DNA of 64,000 bases from positions 289,540,001 to 289,604,000 of the forward strand of contig OZ024743.1 of the NCBI GenBank assembly GCA_964016885.1, in the 5' to 3' direction. This document shows, piece by piece, positions 12,967 to 26,357 of this stretch. Within the stretch, counting starts at the first letter, position 1. Every line of letters begins with the position of its first letter. The position numbers and the translations under genes are program-made. This DNA is from Eledone cirrhosa (taxonomy: Eukaryota). Under the pieces are notes generated by a model. That model had not been told where the DNA came from and ran no database searches. It saw only the letters and a program-made list of their open reading frames with translations.

Positions 12967-13545
12967 TGTGAGTTTGAATCCCTAAAACTCAAGAAGTACC
13001 CAACCGTTTTTTTTCAAACTTTACATGTGTATTACTTATGTTTCAGGGAGTATTAATCAACATTTTGATCTCCTAGGGCCCGCATTAGGTTAAAAACTGC
13101 ATTTTAAAGCTTTTTAGGCTTTTTTGAGGCGTTAGGTCAGACCGATTTCCTTGAAATTGTAACTATGTATTAGTCAGTCTCTTCTTCATACCGTGAGCAA
13201 AGAAAATCCAATTTTTTATGGCCTAGGGCCCGCATTAGTTGAAAAACTTTATTTTTTCAGCTTTTTAGACCTTTTTAGAAGCGTTACGTCTAGCCGATTG
13301 TCCCGAAATTTCAAAGCATATTATGCACATAAAAACAATTCATTATCTTGATCCCCTAGGCATTAGGTGAAAATCTGCATTTTTCCTGCTTCATCGAGGA
13401 AAATCTTAAAGATTATCCAGCCATCAGTGTATTCGGTTTATTTTCTTTACATATTGTGCAGGAATGCAGTTTTTCCACGATTATGTCTGTTGGCGGCCCG
13501 AGTTCCAAAATACCTTATCCCGTGCAACGCCGCGTACCACTGCTA

Positions 13546-13546
<1 letters not shown>
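12589..13546 (+). mobile_element. Non-autonomous Helitron
   Basis: Starts TC(TATATATATAAA) after an A and ends CTAG before a T. GC-rich imperfect subterminal hairpin cccgtgcaacgccgcgt at 13519-13535; no TSD; internal (TG)n and duplicated 5' module. Confidence 0.8.
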
Positions 13547-13590
<44 letters not shown>

Positions 13591-13749
13591 CACACATACG
13601 AGTATGAAAACAAACGCACACATATTTACATACCCTGTCTACATATGTATCTGATAAATGTGTATCAGATAAATCCATATATACTCATGTGCATGTGTAT
13701 GTGTATGTGTGCGTGTGTGTATGTATGTGAGTGTGTGAGTGTGTGTGTG

Positions 13750-13802
<53 letters not shown>

Positions 13803-14287
13803 CTGTGTGATTTTTAGAATAATTAATTGAATGCCATAGCCGTTGGAATCAGTAACAGAATTCACTGCATTGGACAGTAAACTCATGTGTGAAGGAGATT
13901 ACTTCAAGTAGATAATTACGATTGTTGAGTTCTTGGGAAAATTAATTTAGGGATTATCAAATGTCGGAGAATGGAGAGGAATGTCAACTAGCGTATAAGG
14001 GAGTGTGTGTCTGTGATAGAGAGATTGAGAGAAGTTGCGGAGGGATAGCTATGTATTGATTACTTATGTAGGCACAATACCAAATTTTGACGATGATGTG
14101 TGAAGTAATCGATTAAATCGATCACCAGCTTATTAATGGTACATTCTTTCGTCGACCTCTGAAGGTGGGCATGTCAATGTTGATGATGGCGAGATTTAAA
14201 TATGACGGGACTAAAAACTGTAATGCGTTAGACAAACACTAGATACACAGTTATATATAGGTGCACGCACGTGCACATTTGCGCACC

Positions 14288-14342
<55 letters not shown>

Positions 14343-14344
<2 letters not shown>

Positions 14345-14777
14345 GTGAAAGATTGAAGAATAACATGGTCGGCTGTACAACAAGGGGTTTTATTTCAAGT
14401 ATTAACAATTATTTCATTGATCAGGTGTGTCTAAAGGCCGCTAATCACTCGAAGTTGCGTCACTCAACTTTAAATACAGTGTTTACCTCTGATCAAATCA
14501 TCAGAATACTCTGAGTATTCTGATGATTTAGACACACCTGATCAATGAAACAATTGTTAATACTTGATATAAAACCCCTTGTTGTACAGCCGACCATGTT
14601 ATTCTTCAATCTTTCACTACTATTATCCAAGTATAACCTACATAGGAATTCTCGCGAACTCGCTACCTAATTATGGAAATATCTTGTTGAGTCAAACAAA
14701 GCCGTACGTTAAAACTATCCACAATACAGAGTACTCACAACCTCTAACTGGATTACCTTTAAGAATAACTTGTTACC
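14343..14777. mobile_element. Fold-back element, family A (PLE pseudo-LTR derived)
   Basis: Arms 14343-14435 and 14527-14619 are reverse complements with 2 mismatches. Inner perfect palindrome 14495-14529; 158-bp tail; homologous to 57681-57990 and 58955-59113. Confidence 0.8.
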
Positions 14778-15046
14778 CCCCCCCCCCATATATATATATA
14801 TATATATATTCATATGATTTATTGATTTATTGATATTTTATCTGAGTGACCCGAATCTTCTTGGTCGTAATTTTTCGGCTGCACGGGTGATTTTAGGCAT
14901 AATCTTTGTGTGTTGGTATCTTAACGATAGTTATAGCTCTGATTTATTTGAATTATTGAGCCCTCTGCCACTCATGTCGGATTTTGTTTATCGTAAATTC
15001 GTGAGCTGATTTTTCGATACTCGATTATTCTATTATATATATATAT

Positions 15047-15220
15047 ATAGGAAAATGTTAGATCCCGACGGCAGAGCTGAAGCCGTTTCGACGGCTATTC
15101 CAGAAATAACCGTCGAAACGGCTTGAGCTCTGCCGTCGGGTTCTAACATTTTCCTATTACCCTAAGTATTGAGTACCCTGGTGCATTATGGTCCACCTGG
15201 TTCGTTACCACACCTCCTTC

Positions 15221-15223
<3 letters not shown>
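15047..15223. mobile_element. Fold-back element, family C
   Basis: 53-bp arms 15047-15099 and 15105-15157 (50/53 complementary), 5-nt loop, 66-bp tail. Relative at 61376-61445. Confidence 0.75.
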
Positions 15224-15302
<79 letters not shown>

Positions 15303-15527
15303 TATAAATATATATGTATATATAAATTGAATTAGAGGAGATCGCAGTAACTTTCCCTCAATAATATTGTCTAATATTCCCAATGAACCCCCAAAATGAT
15401 GAGCCTCGGCAAACATGGGTGGTTGAACCCACATGTCATATTAAGACTATTTTGTTCAGTCAATGTTACGGCGAAATCATCTAATTCAACTTTCAAATCC
15501 TGCTCAACGTTTTCTAAAAAACACGTG

Positions 15528-15569
<42 letters not shown>

Positions 15570-15771
15570 TAATAAAAACAATGAAATAAAAACAAAGAAG
15601 AAGTTCCTTATATTAAAACATTCATCATTTTACGATCGTTTTTAGGATGTATATGTGTGTAGGTATGTATATCATATAGATCTATGTAAAAATATTACAA
15701 ATTATCAGACGAAATATACATACCTTCACATATACATGCTGTCTTCAGAAATGATTTTGGTAGATTTATCT

Positions 15772-15854
<83 letters not shown>

Positions 15855-16013
15855 AGGAATCCAAACACGGAGATAGCTGTAAAACAGCCAGATGCTATTA
15901 TGAATTGCAAAGGGTCGGGTTAAATTATAACCTCTTATAAACGGAAGGTCGGTCAGAACAGTTAAAAAGGATGATGAAGAAGAAGAAGAAGATAGATAGA
16001 GAGACAGAGAGGG

Positions 16014-16084
<71 letters not shown>

Positions 16085-16410
16085 GAGAGAGAGAGAGAAT
16101 GGACTGTAAAACATATGCTAAGAGGTAGAAAGAAGCATAGATAGAGAGAGAGAGAGAGAGAAGAAATAGGGAATGAGTGTGAAGGAGCATAAAAAATTGA
16201 CATGGAGAATTAAGAAAGATAAAACAGTGGTTATTACCCAAGATTAATTATCATAGGTAAGGGTTGGCACGGAAACCGAACTGAAAAGAACGCACAAAGC
16301 TTTTGCAATTCCTGCACTTAATTTATTTTCATGCCTGCACTTTTCTACTGTACGTCTGTATACAATTATGTATGTACGTATACATACTTATATATATATA
16401 TATATATATA

Positions 16411-17303
16411 TGAAAAAAGTTTGTCCTTCATCAGTGATCTTCCAACCATCATAGGCATTTCATCGCTTTAAAGACCATATACTTCCGGTTGGTGCGAGCA
16501 ACAGCTAAAAAAAGTCGTTGGGACATGTAAATAAAGGGGACGCGAGGGTAAACAAACAAAATGGTGAAGCAACAGAAAGTGAGGAAGAAAGAGACAAGTC
16601 CCAGATTTCTATGAATTTAAATTCGGTGAAATCGTGAACGAGAGAATAAAGACCATCAAACCTGGTTGAAATGTGAGCAAGTAAGGAATTTCGCACAGGT
16701 CTAACGGGAGGAAAAAGGGGTCTGGTCTGCGAATTCGGTAAACATAAGTTCTGTGAAATCGTAGACGAGAGAGAGAAAAAATTCGGACCAGCTTGGCCAA
16801 GCGTGCGTGAGAAAAGAATTACACACAGGTCAAACGGGAAGAAAGAGGAGGAGGAGAGGTAGTGACAGAGAATGAGTGCGTGAAAGGTGAGGAAGAGGCT
16901 ACCAGAGAGAGAGACTGCTAGAAAGGGTAAAGATACATAGAACGAAAAAGACGGGTAGCAGCAGAGGAAAAAATATGTGTAATATGATAATAAGGGCGCT
17001 GCGGAGTTGCAAATGGGTTACATATGAAAAAAGTTTGTCCTTCATCAGTGATCTTCCAACCATCATAGGCATTTCATCGCTTTAAAGACCATATACCTCC
17101 GGTTGGTGCGAGCAACGGCTAAAAAAAGTCGTTGGGACACGTAAATAAAGGGGACGCGAGGGTAAACAAACAAAATGGTGAAGCAACAGAAAGTGAGGAA
17201 GAAAGAGACAAGTCCCAGATTTCTACGAATTTAAATTCGGTGAAATCGTGAACGAGAGAATAAAGACCATCAAACCTGGTTGAAATGTGAGCAAGGAAGG
17301 AAT
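16411..17303 (-). mobile_element. (TA)n-flanked partial tandem (1.45 copies of a 614-bp unit); probable PLE pseudo-LTR or retrozyme-like insertion
   Basis: 16411-16689 equals 17025-17303 with 5 substitutions. CTGATGA on the minus strand near the unit end; no coding signal. Confidence 0.5.
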
Positions 17304-17311
17304 ATATATAT

Positions 17312-17561
17312 ATGTAAGCTATCGCCGTATTTTGACTAACGAAATTATTTAGCCTGATAGTGGGGTTAAGAACCCTCGGAGAAATGGAAAAAGATGAGTA
17401 TTGACGTACCGTGTACACCAATACTCATCTTTTTCCATTTCTCCGAGGGTTCTTAACCCCACTATCAGGCTAAATAATTTCTTTAATTTCTTTAGTCAAA
17501 ATACGGTGATAGCTTACATTTCTAATAATTTCAAACCCACTCGCTGTTTCGAAAATATTCT

Positions 17562-17565
<4 letters not shown>
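17312..17565. mobile_element. Fold-back element, family D copy 1
   Basis: Arms 17312-17403 and 17419-17519, 15-nt spacer, 46-bp tail, (TA)n on both sides. Confidence 0.75.
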
Positions 17566-17647
<82 letters not shown>

Positions 17648-17695
17648 ATATATATATATATATATATTATATATAATATATATATATATATATAA

Positions 17696-17952
17696 TAAGT
17701 ATGTTTTGAAACAGTGAGCGAGTTTGAAATTAGAAAATATATAGCTTTCACCGTATTTTTGACTAAAGGAATTTTAGCTTGATAACTGGGTTTAGAACCC
17801 TCAGATAAATGGAAAAAGATGAGTATTGACGTACATGTACGTCAATGTACGTCAATACTCATCTTTTTCCATTTATCTGAGGGTTCTAAACCCCGTTATC
17901 AAGCTAAAATTCCTTTAGTAAAAAATACGGTGAAAGCTATATATTTTCTAAT
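17696..17952. mobile_element. Fold-back element, family D copy 2 (opposite orientation, different subfamily)
   Basis: Centred on the palindrome ttgacgtacatgtacgtcaa with a 10-bp duplication; arms near-perfectly complementary; tail on the left. Confidence 0.75.
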
Positions 17953-17986
17953 ATATATATATATATATATTATATATAATATATAT

Positions 17987-18017
<31 letters not shown>

Positions 18018-18081
18018 TATATATAATATATATATATATATATATTATATATAATATATATATATATATATATTATATATA

Positions 18082-18138
<57 letters not shown>

Positions 18139-18322
18139 TATATTATATATATAATATATATAATATATATAATATATATATATATAATATATATAATATA
18201 TATAATATATATATATATAATATATATAATATATATATATATAATATATATATAATATATATAATATATATATATATATAATATATATAACATATATATA
18301 TATATAACATATATATATATAT

Positions 18323-18383
<61 letters not shown>

Positions 18384-18413
18384 CATATATATATATATAT
18401 ATATATATATAAC

Positions 18414-18512
<99 letters not shown>

Positions 18513-18682
18513 ATATATATATATATTTATATATATATATATACACACATATACATACAAACACACACATATATATATATATATATGTGTGTGTTTGTTT
18601 GTGTGTTTGTGTATGTGTGTGTACATGTACATGTACGTGTGTACATGGACGTTATATATATATGTTGATATATTTATAATCG

Positions 18683-18772
<90 letters not shown>
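17953..18772. repeat. Long interrupted (TA)n tract with (CA)/(TG) inserts
   Basis: About 800 bp, almost entirely TA. Confidence 0.97.
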
Positions 18773-18775
<3 letters not shown>

Positions 18776-19599
18776 CGCGCCCACGTGCGCGCGTGTGTGT
18801 GTATGTGTTTGTCTGTAACAGTATTAAAGTATGGTTACGTGAGAAAGAGAAGCGATTAAACGATGTAGGTTCTTGTGTTGGTTAATTCATTCGAAGTAAT
18901 ATTGACCTGTTGCCAGTTAGTAAATAGTGGTCATCAGACATCAGCTGGTTAGAGTATCGGTGCTGGAAACGGAGCATATGTAAGATGTGGTATAGTTGGT
19001 GGTGACGTGGTTGGGGTCGGAGAATTTAAGAGTGGTGGTGTAGCCACCACTCTTGGAGCTGTTTGTAATAGGTCAGTAGTATGTATGTGTTGCGTGGATG
19101 TTTTGTCAGATTAGAGGCGAATGAGATGGAATTAAGCAGAATGACACGGAATATGTGCTTGTGAATGTCTAAGCATTTGTCCATGTGTCGGTGTGTGGGT
19201 ATGTATGTCTATATTTGTGTGAATATGTGGTGTGGTTATTCGTTAAATTGTGTTACGATGCAGCATGGTTTAAAGGCTAGACTACGAATAGGCTACTTGC
19301 CAAGTTTTCTACTATTGACCGTACGGTCAGCTACTGAGCCAAATATATATAGAAAACAACATATAAAGAAAAAGAGTTATAAAAGAATTAGTTAACAAAT
19401 AAATAAAACAAGAAGTATGAAATAAAAATAACAAAGAAGTGAAATAAGAGACAACATAGCCAGTTCTCCTCTCCGCTTATACACATGGAGAGCCAAATTG
19501 CTAGGCAGTGAACCAATCAAGACTAATCAACTAATTTGACAACTAATGATGCATTGTTTTCTACTTTTATCCCTCAAGGTATCTTTCGACCTTGGTGCG

Positions 19600-19960
19600 G
19601 TATTATAGTGTGTGAAGTTTTGTATTATTTGCTAGGTCTAAGGGAAGGATATTTACAAGCCCATCGAGACTGGAAAGATAGATGCCGCTGGCATTCCGTT
19701 TAGCCTGCTGCAAATCGGTTCCTGTGGAAAAGCTTTTAGTTCGGAAGGAGTTCCAGAACGTCGGCGTTCTGGGACGAAAGCCTGGACGTAGTGGCTGTTG
19801 CGGGGCTAGAGTGGCGTTGGATTCAGTATAGGTAATACAAAAGAAGGGAGTCGAGTGTGTCTGAGTGGTATCGACTAACTCCGATGAGTGTAGTCTATTG
19901 TAGTAACTAGAGAAAATCACGTGTGTGGACTAGCGCAGGGGTGTACTCGTTTGAAAATTT
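19600..19960 (-). mobile_element. Degenerate 3' end of a CR1/Jockey-like LINE
   Basis: Minus-strand IFSSYYNRLHSSELV...FRPRTPTFWNSF..KSF..GTDLQ echoes LFY.YY.G.CS.EL and FFPRT..LWNSLP...F....DLQ. Confidence 0.55.
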
Positions 19961-20279
19961 ATGTTAACTAGTTGCTTGGCTTTTTTCTGGATTCAGTCTA
20001 GGATATCTGTATGTATAACTTTCCTCTGGTGTATTTTATTTTCCTGTGGTATAAATGCTGATATGTATAATCAGCGGCTCTTCTGTAGTTTCTAAACTAT
20101 GATAAGAAGAATATGCTTCGATAAGACCTAATACATTTAAATCACGATTGTTGCATCGATCAGTTTGACAGTTTATATCGTCTTCATCTTCTAAAAAAAT
20201 AATAAGAATATGGTCAGTTTCGAATGAAAGCTCGTAAACAGCTTACTTGTCAGTGTTGGCAAGAAGGAGGTTACGTTCT

Positions 20280-21050
20280 TCTGGTACAAAACATTTACAG
20301 TGTTTACTCATTTGGAGAACGGTAATACATTACCAGAGGAACAGGAAAGATTCCTAAAAATTATGCATGCCTGTATTGTTTAGTTACTGAAAAAACCTAG
20401 AAATTATAGAATACATTAAAAAAGGAATCAAACGTTAGCCTGGCTTAGATTAATTGCCGAAAGACATTTGTTAGCGTTGAACACACCTGGGTACAGAGTG
20501 CTTTTCCACACGAATAAAGTAATAACAATATTAGCGCAAATACCTCATCCAAGTTATGACATAATGGAAAGCAACTATATGGCTACAAAGCAAAAATAAT
20601 TGAAAACAGCATTTTAACCATGAGACGAACCTTCCAGGGAGGTTCGATATACTTCTGGTCTGGCCTAGTTATAGTCTCTATTAACACGTTTGGTAAAAGA
20701 ACCCACCATTGAGTAGAGCTACGGAGAAACTATAAACAATTATCTTTGTAGATTGCCTAAAATATTTACAAGGAAATAATATCTAAACGAAAAACCTAAA
20801 AAATGTTAGTAATAAATTCAACCATAATTGATTATGTGATCAGAGACATTTACCAAAATTATTATAATGACAGAGAAATAAACTAAACTAAATATATTAA
20901 ATGAGACAGTAATGCAGAAATAAAATTATTAGATCAAGATACCCAATCCAAAATACTTACAAATAGATGAAACTGATAAACAATAACACTCAGAAATTGA
21001 GAAAATTAACAAAGAGTACTATGGGCGAGTCAGATTAATGAAAAGGAAAA
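20280..21050 (+). pseudogene. Heavily decayed reverse transcriptase of an R4/Dong-like LINE (not in the ORF track)
   Basis: Manual translation gives PKNYACL (20353), NVSLA*INCRKTFVSVEHTWV (20431; cf. NLSMAWIDY.KAFDSVPH.WI), MRRTFQGGS (20620; cf. RRGIFQGDS) and EKINKEYYGRVRL (~21000), all in the correct order. Confidence 0.7.
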
Positions 21051-22067
21051 ATAAGGAAAGGAGCCGATTTCACACATCAGTGAAAGTTAACTGTTTCTGT
21101 TGGTTTTTTCCAATTGTCAGACTTATGAGAAGAAGCGGGATTTGAATTAAAAACTCACAAATCCGGAACATGTATCGATTTAACAATTCCAATTATCCAC
21201 CCACATGGAAATCATCTTGATTTATTGATTCCGAAAAGATTAAAGGCGAAGGTGACTGCAGTGAGATTTGAACTCAGGACACAAAAAGCTCGAGCGTAGA
21301 GCACAAAACATTTTGCCCGACGTCCTAAAAATTCTGTTAATATGAAAGACTGAACGCAAGCTTATAAATATTTAGTATGTAAAACTACGATAGCTAATAA
21401 TAACGATTTTCAAGTTAGACACAATGTCAGCAATTTTGGGAGGCGAGATAAGTCGGTTAAATCATTCACAATGTTTGACTAACAATTTTATATCAACCCC
21501 GGAGGGATAAAATGCAAAGCTGACCTCAGCGTGCTTTGAACTCAGAATGTAAAGAAAGTGAACAAATATTGCAAAGCGTTTTATGCAAATTTCTAACAAT
21601 TCTGACAATCCAACACCAACAATAATAAAATATTTGAAGAAGAACCAACACAAACAACAATATAATTATATGCTGAACGCAATAAGCGATAGCTACAAGT
21701 GCAGTGTTATAATTAATGTATAATTCATCTTCTATATACGGCGGACCGAAAATTATGTACGGGCAACAGTAACTAGCTGAGGAGTTTACTTCGAATAGAG
21801 ACAGATATTAAAATATTAGACACCCACACGCTATCACATACACAACCTCAGATACACAAAGAAAAAGAGACACACAATGATATAGAAATGAACAAAATAA
21901 TTAGAGTAATGTGCCAAAAGCAACATGAATAAATAAATGTAATTTCTACAAAAATTAAAACAAAATATCAAAACTAAAACTTATTGATTTAATAAGCTTA
22001 GGTTTCTAAATGTACATATTATACCACATACATATACCGGCATAAACACACACAGATTATTTAAGTA

Positions 22068-22117
<50 letters not shown>

Positions 22118-22919
22118 TTATGTGTATATATATATATATATATATCCGTTTAGAATATTTATTTTCTTATGGTAATTGAAAAGCGGTTTTTCTTCGTTTT
22201 TCAATGCGGAGATACATTTTTAAATAACGCTATAGCATTTTTATAATATATTTTTGATTAATCTTAGTCATTATATTATAATTTCCTACGATATCAATTC
22301 ACCTTAATTTGCAAAGTTTTGACACGTGTAAATATCTTAGACGATTCAGTCATCAAAATGGCATGCTATATAAACTTAAATAATAAACACAAACAGAAAA
22401 CGAAAAAAAACAACAATAAAACAAAAACAAAACAAGTGAAAATCTGTCATGAACGAAAGTAAATATTTTTAAATAAAAGACGCTAATGCGAATTTTATTA
22501 GTAAAATATACGAAAATGATTAAAACAATTAAGAAGAAACAAAGTAGAAGAAAGTTAAATAATTATATATTTTGTTCCGAAATACTTGATATTAATAAGA
22601 AAGAAGAGAATAGTAAACGCTAAGATTTTGAAGAGTACTTTATTTTGCCAGTACAAACATGCACATAAGATCGAATCTTTGGTATAGTGTAATGAAAATA
22701 CTATGCGGAGAGTAATATTATATTAAGTGGAATGGGATTTAACAATGAATTATAGAAATGTGCGCGACACACAAACACGAAAAATGAAACAAGTAACAAT
22801 AGCACATTTAATTAAATAATAAATATTTATACACTACACAGCTTGCATTAGATGATCTAAAATAACTTTAATACAGATATAACTAGAACGTTTAAATTAT
22901 AAGCCTGGTAGTGATAATA

Positions 22920-23105
22920 ATGAATTCTACTATAGGCACAAGGCCAGCAATTACCCAGTGCATTACTGGTGCTTTATTTTATCGACACCGTAAGAAAGAA
23001 AGGCAGAGTTAACCTCAGCGGGATTTGAACTCAGAACGTAAAGAACCATAACTCTATGCTGCAAATCACCGTGTCCAACGCTCTACCGATGCTGCCCATC
23101 CACTT
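22920..23105 (-). mobile_element. SINE family 1
   Basis: Reverse complement of the 3392-3577 consensus. Confidence 0.88.
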
Positions 23106-24319
23106 CCCTGAAGTATAAATAGGAATGCACACCTTGCAAATTAGGTTGGTCTTTCAGTTAAGTTCTATATCGTTTGGCATAAAATTAACCTATATGCTCC
23201 CTTTCCATGCAGAATCTTCTAATGAATGGACAAAAAAATGCGTGAACCGTGTGAAGGCAACCTCATGCTTTTACGCGGAAAGGAGAAATAGCACAAAGTG
23301 TGTTTTCAATTATGTATTTCCCATCCAGACTTATGAGTTAAAATGTAGTTATATATACTTTAGGTTTAATTTGAATGAAATAGAATTGATGCAATCGACA
23401 GTATATATCATTTTTACGTGTGCAGATTTGTGCTAAGGTAAACTTATATATGCAATTGTAATTATGTCTCTTTCGTTCTTAATTAAAACCCCGCAAGTTC
23501 GACTGTGGTTTTTCATTCTTTCGCAATTGATGGGAGATGTATACCTGTAACATAATTTCATAGTATCTTTTGAGAAAAAATAATAAAATTATGTAACCCA
23601 CAGAGAAAAATAATAAAAGACCAATATATAAATATGTATCTGATGTACGATTTTGGTTTAGTTCTGAGTCATCATGCTAGATTTTAGTATTAGTTAGTAT
23701 TCTGCTCTTCATTATTCTTTTATTGTTACTGACAAATTCAATTTTTGCTTTTAGCGGTCAGAGATGTAGTATAAGTTTACAGGAAATTTGTAGTTGTGCC
23801 AAACTCCGTTAAAATCTACATTCAGAGAGCATTCAAAAACGCTGCCTCTGCAAGAAACTTCGGAGACCATAATTTATGAATCTAATATAAAGAAAATAAA
23901 TAGTTTATCTTCTAGTTTCATGAACTACTGACAATAGTGAAAGTGAAAGCCAAGAACAGAAATATTGGCTTATCACTTCGTCAGCCTGTGCGTCACGAGT
24001 TCACTTTCGCTGAAGCTATTAGTTACGTCTAAGGAAGTCACAAAGAGAAAAAAATAGCGAAAGTAAAAGAAAAGACTCTATCCCAGTCATGGCGGTATAT
24101 TTCAGCTGTACCCCGTGGACAAAATGGCGGAGGCATTGCCACAGAGAACAGCCAGCGATACCCTCTACATAGGCTAGAATTATTTAACTATAGGTACCTT
24201 CACCGATATACACAGGATTGGGGGCCCCTATCAGTAAAACAGTCAAGAAATCACCTAAGAGTTTACAATCTCATTGGCAGACTGCTGGACATGCGTAGGC
24301 ACATGTACACACGACCGGC

Positions 24320-24475
24320 CCTCTGCACCGTTTCCGTCTATCAAATTTCACTTACATGCTATTTTCCAATCCGAAGCTATATAACAGAAAATACTTCATA
24401 AAAGTATATCATGAAACTCTAGAACCAGGATCCATGTGGTTCCGAAGCAGTTTTCTTAATTGATCATCCATGTTT
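24320..24475 (-). mobile_element. Degenerate tRNA-derived SINE, family 3
   Basis: tttccgtctatcaaatttcact...gaacc.gga.ccatgtggtt..gaagc; related pieces at 31140-31270 (+), 40470-40605 (+) and 60520-60590 (-). Confidence 0.55.
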
Positions 24476-24821
24476 GCAGTCATAGAGAAAGGATGCCAGA
24501 CGAGCGAAGTACATAAAAAATAAGACATGTAAGAAGATAGAAAGGTGTAGAATACATACATCAACAGAGACTAAGATTAAAAGCAGAAGTAAATAGCACA
24601 CCAGCAAGAGAAAGTGTACATAAAGTGGTTATAAAATGAACATTTCATTACACTGGATATTATTGTGAGAAACAGAGTATAAAGTGACGTATAGAACATA
24701 TAAAAAGAGGAAGGATATTGTTCGATAAAATTGTATACATAACTACACCCATACAGATACACACTCAGACACAAATCCAAACACACACACCTAAATGCAT
24801 ACACACAAATAGCCCCCCCCC

Positions 24822-24865
<44 letters not shown>

Positions 24866-24935
24866 CCAGAGTGAGAATCTAAAGACTTCATTTGTTTTAA
24901 CTTGTGTTTCGTCTTTTTCATGGCAGTTTTGCATC

Positions 24936-24968
<33 letters not shown>

Positions 24969-25164
24969 GTTTCTGTGTGAGTACGTGCGTGTATGTTTGT
25001 ATGTTACATAGCAATATACTTACGGATAAGTTAGAATCATGGAGGTGTAAAATATGGAAATCTTTCTTATCCGAAACTCTTAGTATTTACACGTAAACTG
25101 ATATACTATCAACACGGTCTGTCACTCGTCACATTTACAACTTTGCCTGTTGCAAAAAGATTAC

Positions 25165-25305
<141 letters not shown>

Positions 25306-25607
25306 TATAAAGAAAGTGCTCAAGCTCAGAAATGCTATAAAGATAGCATATTAAATAGGGTGAAGACACTTAAAAGACGGAAAAAGAAGTTGCCATCGGC
25401 CTCTGTGAGAACATGCACCTCATAATACCCTGATGTCGTCTGTAGACTTTGGCTATTAAGCTTAGGAGCCATGGCAACATTTTCCTCGCCATTTTAACTT
25501 TCTTTACACTTACATATATATATTCTCAGCGCAACACACACACACACAAACACACACAAACATACAAACACACACACACAAACATACACACACACACAAA
25601 CATGTAA

Positions 25608-25745
25608 TTGGAGTCTTTAAGACGGTTTATTTACAATAATTTATAATTTACTGGTTTGGTTTCACAAGTTTCATGATTTTCAGATGTTATGAGAGATGTT
25701 TGGCTCGGCCGACTTGCAGCTCGCATCTAACTGATGTTGGGAATT
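25608..25745 (-). mobile_element. Possible decayed PLE pseudo-LTR end
   Basis: Minus strand reads ctgaaaa-tcatga-aac-ttgt-gaaac...cagta...aataaa, then a microsatellite: a degenerate hammerhead-like core plus poly(A) signal. Confidence 0.28.
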
Positions 25746-26166
25746 TCTTTCAGTTGTATGCGAAAAATGTGGTTCAAATATGTTAGATATGTTGAGGTTA
25801 ATGCAAATTCGACAATTAGGTGATCACACATTTTGACTCTTGGTGTTGTATTTATGGTGGGTAATTTGGCGCTTGTGATTGGGTACTTTTCGAGATTTTG
25901 TTTGTCTTTTGATTTTGATCATTTTATGTGTATCATAAAACAGACACACACTTTGAAACTAACTTTCACCACAAACCAACAGATTCTACGTAATACTTAC
26001 TATTTAGCTCAAGCTATCTCAAATACTCAAATGCAAATATTCCATTTAATTTAGCAAGAAGAATATGTACAATTGTCTCAAATCATGAAACACGGAATAA
26101 AAGGCTCCAAGAAATAAAATAAATTCTACCCAAAGGACAGTATTTATCCTTATTAATAGACAACGG

Positions 26167-26357
26167 GCGGTAGATTGGCAGTATCAGTAGAGGGTTGGAC
26201 ACGATGCAATGCAGCATAGAGTTACGGCCCTTTATGATCTGAGTTCAAATCCCGCCGAGGTTGGTTAGCTTTGCCTTTCATCCTTACGGGGTCGATAATA
26301 TAAAGCGCCAGTAATGCACTGGGATAATTGCTGGCCTTGTGCCAAAAGTAGAAACAA
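26167..26357 (+). mobile_element. SINE family 1 with 17-bp target-site duplication
   Basis: ttattaatagacaacgg at 26150-26166 and 26358-26374. Confidence 0.93.

Noticed and set aside
14343-17952. Hairpins as sequencing or assembly fold-back artefacts
   Set aside because: Arms carry substitutions and indels relative to each other, and diverged copies elsewhere reuse the same termini; long-read confirmation is still advisable.
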